NCBI RefSeq assembly: GCF_016903815.1
Contig: NZ_CP069973.1
Reading direction: 5' to 3' (one strand)
Origin: Escherichia coli
Lineage (GTDB): Bacteria > Pseudomonadota > Gammaproteobacteria > Enterobacterales > Enterobacteriaceae
DNA: 64,000 nucleotides
Positions 61,845 through 64,000 of this stretch are shown here, piece after piece; position 1 is the first letter of the stretch, and each line of letters starts with the position of its first letter. The notes beneath the pieces are model-generated. The model saw only the letters and a program-made list of their open reading frames with translations. It searched no databases and had not been told where the DNA came from. A program made the position numbers and the translations under genes.

Positions 61845-63848
61845 ATGTCCCGAAAAGACCTTGCCAATGCGATTCGCGCACTCAGTATGGATGCGGTACA
61901 AAAAGCCAATTCTGGTCATCCCGGCGCGCCGATGGGCATGGCTGATATTGCCGAAGTGCTGTGGAACGATTTTCTTAAACATAACCCCACCGACCCAACC
62001 TGGTATGATCGCGACCGCTTTATTCTTTCCAACGGCCACGCGTCGATGCTGCTCTACAGTTTGCTACATCTGACCGGTTACGACCTGCCGCTGGAAGAGC
62101 TGAAGAACTTCCGTCAGTTGCATTCAAAAACCCCAGGTCACCCGGAGATTGGCTATACGCCAGGTGTTGAAACCACCACCGGTCCACTTGGACAAGGTTT
62201 GGCGAACGCCGTCGGACTGGCGATAGCAGCGCGTACACTGGCGGCGCAGTTTAACCAGCCGGATCATGAAATTGTCGATCACTTCACCTATGTGTTTATG
62301 GGCGACGGTTGCCTGATGGAAGGTATTTCCCACGAAGTCTGTTCGCTGGCGGGCACGCTGGGACTGGGCAAGCTGATTGGTTTTTACGATCACAACGGTA
62401 TTTCCATCGACGGTGAAACCGAAGGCTGGTTTACCGACGATACAGCAAAACGTTTTGAAGCCTATCACTGGCATGTGATCCATGAAATCGACGGTCACGA
62501 TCCGCAGGCGGTGAAGAAAGCGATCCTTGAAGCGCAAAGCGTGAAAGATAAGCCGTCGCTGATTATCTGCCGCACAGTAATTGGCTTTGGTTCGCCGAAT
62601 AAAGCAGGTAAGGAAGAGGCGCACGGCGCACCGCTGGGGGAAGAAGAAGTGGCGCTGGCACGGCAAAAACTGGGCTGGCACCATCCGCCATTTGAGATCC
62701 CTAAAGAGATTTATCACGCCTGGGATGCCCGCGAAAAAGGCGAAAAAGCGCAGCAGAGCTGGAATGAGAAGTTTGCCGCCTATAAAAAGGCCCATCCGCA
62801 ACTGGCAGAAGAGTTTACCCGTCGGATGAGCGGCGGTTTGCCGAAGGACTGGGAGAAAACGACTCAGAAATATATCAATGAATTACAGGCAAATCCGGCG
62901 AAAATCGCTACCCGTAAGGCTTCGCAAAATACGCTTAACGCTTACGGGCCGATGCTGCCTGAGTTGCTCGGCGGTTCGGCGGATCTGGCTCCCAGCAACC
63001 TGACCATCTGGAAAGGTTCTGTTTCGCTGAAGGAAGATCCGGCGGGCAACTACATTCACTACGGGGTGCGTGAATTTGGCATGACCGCTATCGCCAACGG
63101 CATCGCGCACCACGGCGGCTTTGTGCCGTATACCGCGACGTTCCTGATGTTTGTTGAATACGCCCGTAACGCCGCGCGGATGGCGGCACTAATGAAAGCG
63201 CGGCAGATTATGGTTTATACCCACGACTCAATTGGTCTGGGCGAAGATGGTCCTACGCACCAGGCTGTTGAGCAACTGGCCAGTCTGCGCTTAACGCCAA
63301 ATTTCAGCACCTGGCGACCGTGCGATCAGGTGGAAGCAGCGGTGGGCTGGAAGCTGGCCGTTGAGCGCCACAACGGACCGACGGCACTGATCCTCTCCAG
63401 GCAGAATCTGGCCCAGGTGGAACGTACGCCGGATCAGGTTAAAGAGATTGCTCGTGGCGGTTATGTACTGAAAGACAGCGGCGGTAAGCCAGATATTATT
63501 TTGATTGCCACCGGTTCAGAGATGGAAATCACCCTGCAAGCGGCAGAGAAATTAGCGGGAGAAGGTCGCAATGTACGCGTAGTTTCCCTGCCCTCGACCG
63601 ATATTTTCGACGCCCAGGATGAGGAATATCGCGAGTCGGTGTTGCCTTCTAACGTTGCGGCTCGCGTGGCGGTGGAAGCAGGCATCGCCGATTACTGGTA
63701 CAAATATGTTGGTCTGAAAGGGGCAATTGTCGGGATGACCGGCTATGGGGAATCTGCTCCGGCAGATAAGCTGTTCCCGTTCTTTGGCTTTACCGCCGAG
63801 AATATTGTGGCAAAAGCGCATAAGGTGCTGGGAGTGAAAGGTGCCTGA
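61845..63848 (+). CDS. tktB: transketolase 2
   Basis: ORF 61782-63848; likely start [40 protein letters not shown], 667 aa; overlaps/abuts talA. Confidence 0.97.
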   Translation: MSRKDLANAIRALSMDAVQKANSGHPGAPMGMADIAEVLWNDFLKHNPTDPTWYDRDRFILSNGHASMLLYSLLHLTGYDLPLEELKNFRQLHSKTPGHPEIGYTPGVETTTGPLGQGLANAVGLAIAARTLAAQFNQPDHEIVDHFTYVFMGDGCLMEGISHEVCSLAGTLGLGKLIGFYDHNGISIDGETEGWFTDDTAKRFEAYHWHVIHEIDGHDPQAVKKAILEAQSVKDKPSLIICRTVIGFGSPNKAGKEEAHGAPLGEEEVALARQKLGWHHPPFEIPKEIYHAWDAREKGEKAQQSWNEKFAAYKKAHPQLAEEFTRRMSGGLPKDWEKTTQKYINELQANPAKIATRKASQNTLNAYGPMLPELLGGSADLAPSNLTIWKGSVSLKEDPAGNYIHYGVREFGMTAIANGIAHHGGFVPYTATFLMFVEYARNAARMAALMKARQIMVYTHDSIGLGEDGPTHQAVEQLASLRLTPNFSTWRPCDQVEAAVGWKLAVERHNGPTALILSRQNLAQVERTPDQVKEIARGGYVLKDSGGKPDIILIATGSEMEITLQAAEKLAGEGRNVRVVSLPSTDIFDAQDEEYRESVLPSNVAARVAVEAGIADYWYKYVGLKGAIVGMTGYGESAPADKLFPFFGFTAENIVAKAHKVLGVKGA

Positions 63849-63870
63849 TGGTGATCGCCGGATGCTGTAT

Positions 63871-63923
63871 GTTCCCCTCACCCTAACCCTCTCCCCAGAG
63901 GGGCGAGGGGACAGTCCGTGCGC
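63871..63923. repeat. GC-rich palindromic intergenic repeat, copy 2, downstream of tktB
   Basis: gttcccctcaccctaaccctctccccagaggggcgaggggacagtccgtgcgc; same family as 50478-50526. Confidence 0.75.
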
Positions 63924-64000
63924 TTTTTAGGGGCGCATCTGGGATTTTGTTTAACGGGTGATCCACAACGTGGGCCAGGCGTCTGGCCCATGCCAGTTAT

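Overview
This window is an ordinary stretch of Escherichia coli core chromosome running from glk (5' part) to tktB; I found no novel or undescribed multi-gene system. Every ORF of 60 aa or more in the six-frame track is either a recognisable E. coli gene or an antisense ORF inside one. Gene order is glk, yfeO, ypeC, mntH, nupC, pdeA(yfeA), alaX-alaW, yfeC, yfeD, gltX, valU-valX-valY-lysV, xapR, xapB, xapA, yfeN, yfeR, yfeH, ypeB, ligA, zipA, cysZ, cysK, ptsH, ptsI, crr, pdxK, yfeK, cysM, cysA, cysW, cysU, cysP, ucpA, murR, murQ, murP, yfeW, yfeX, yfeY, yfeZ, ypeA, amiA, hemF, then the complete 17-gene ethanolamine-utilisation (eut) microcompartment operon eutSPQTDMNEJGHABCLKR on the minus strand, then maeB, talA, tktB. 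The background is not K-12 MG1655: as I recall the K-12 map, IS186 (nupC-yfeA), yfeS (yfeK-cysM) and the CPZ-55 prophage (eutA-eutB) are absent, and an IS200-family element sits between yfeW and yfeX. Points worth a second look are: (1) the first tRNA-Val copy has one extra C that would give an 8-nt anticodon loop; (2) yfeZ carries an in-frame TAA with intact coding potential downstream; (3) a 58-bp direct duplication of the lysV 3' end plus terminator; (4) two copies of a GC-rich palindromic repeat, one inside the eut operon. All calls rest on reading the sequence and recalled knowledge of E. coli; no database search was run.
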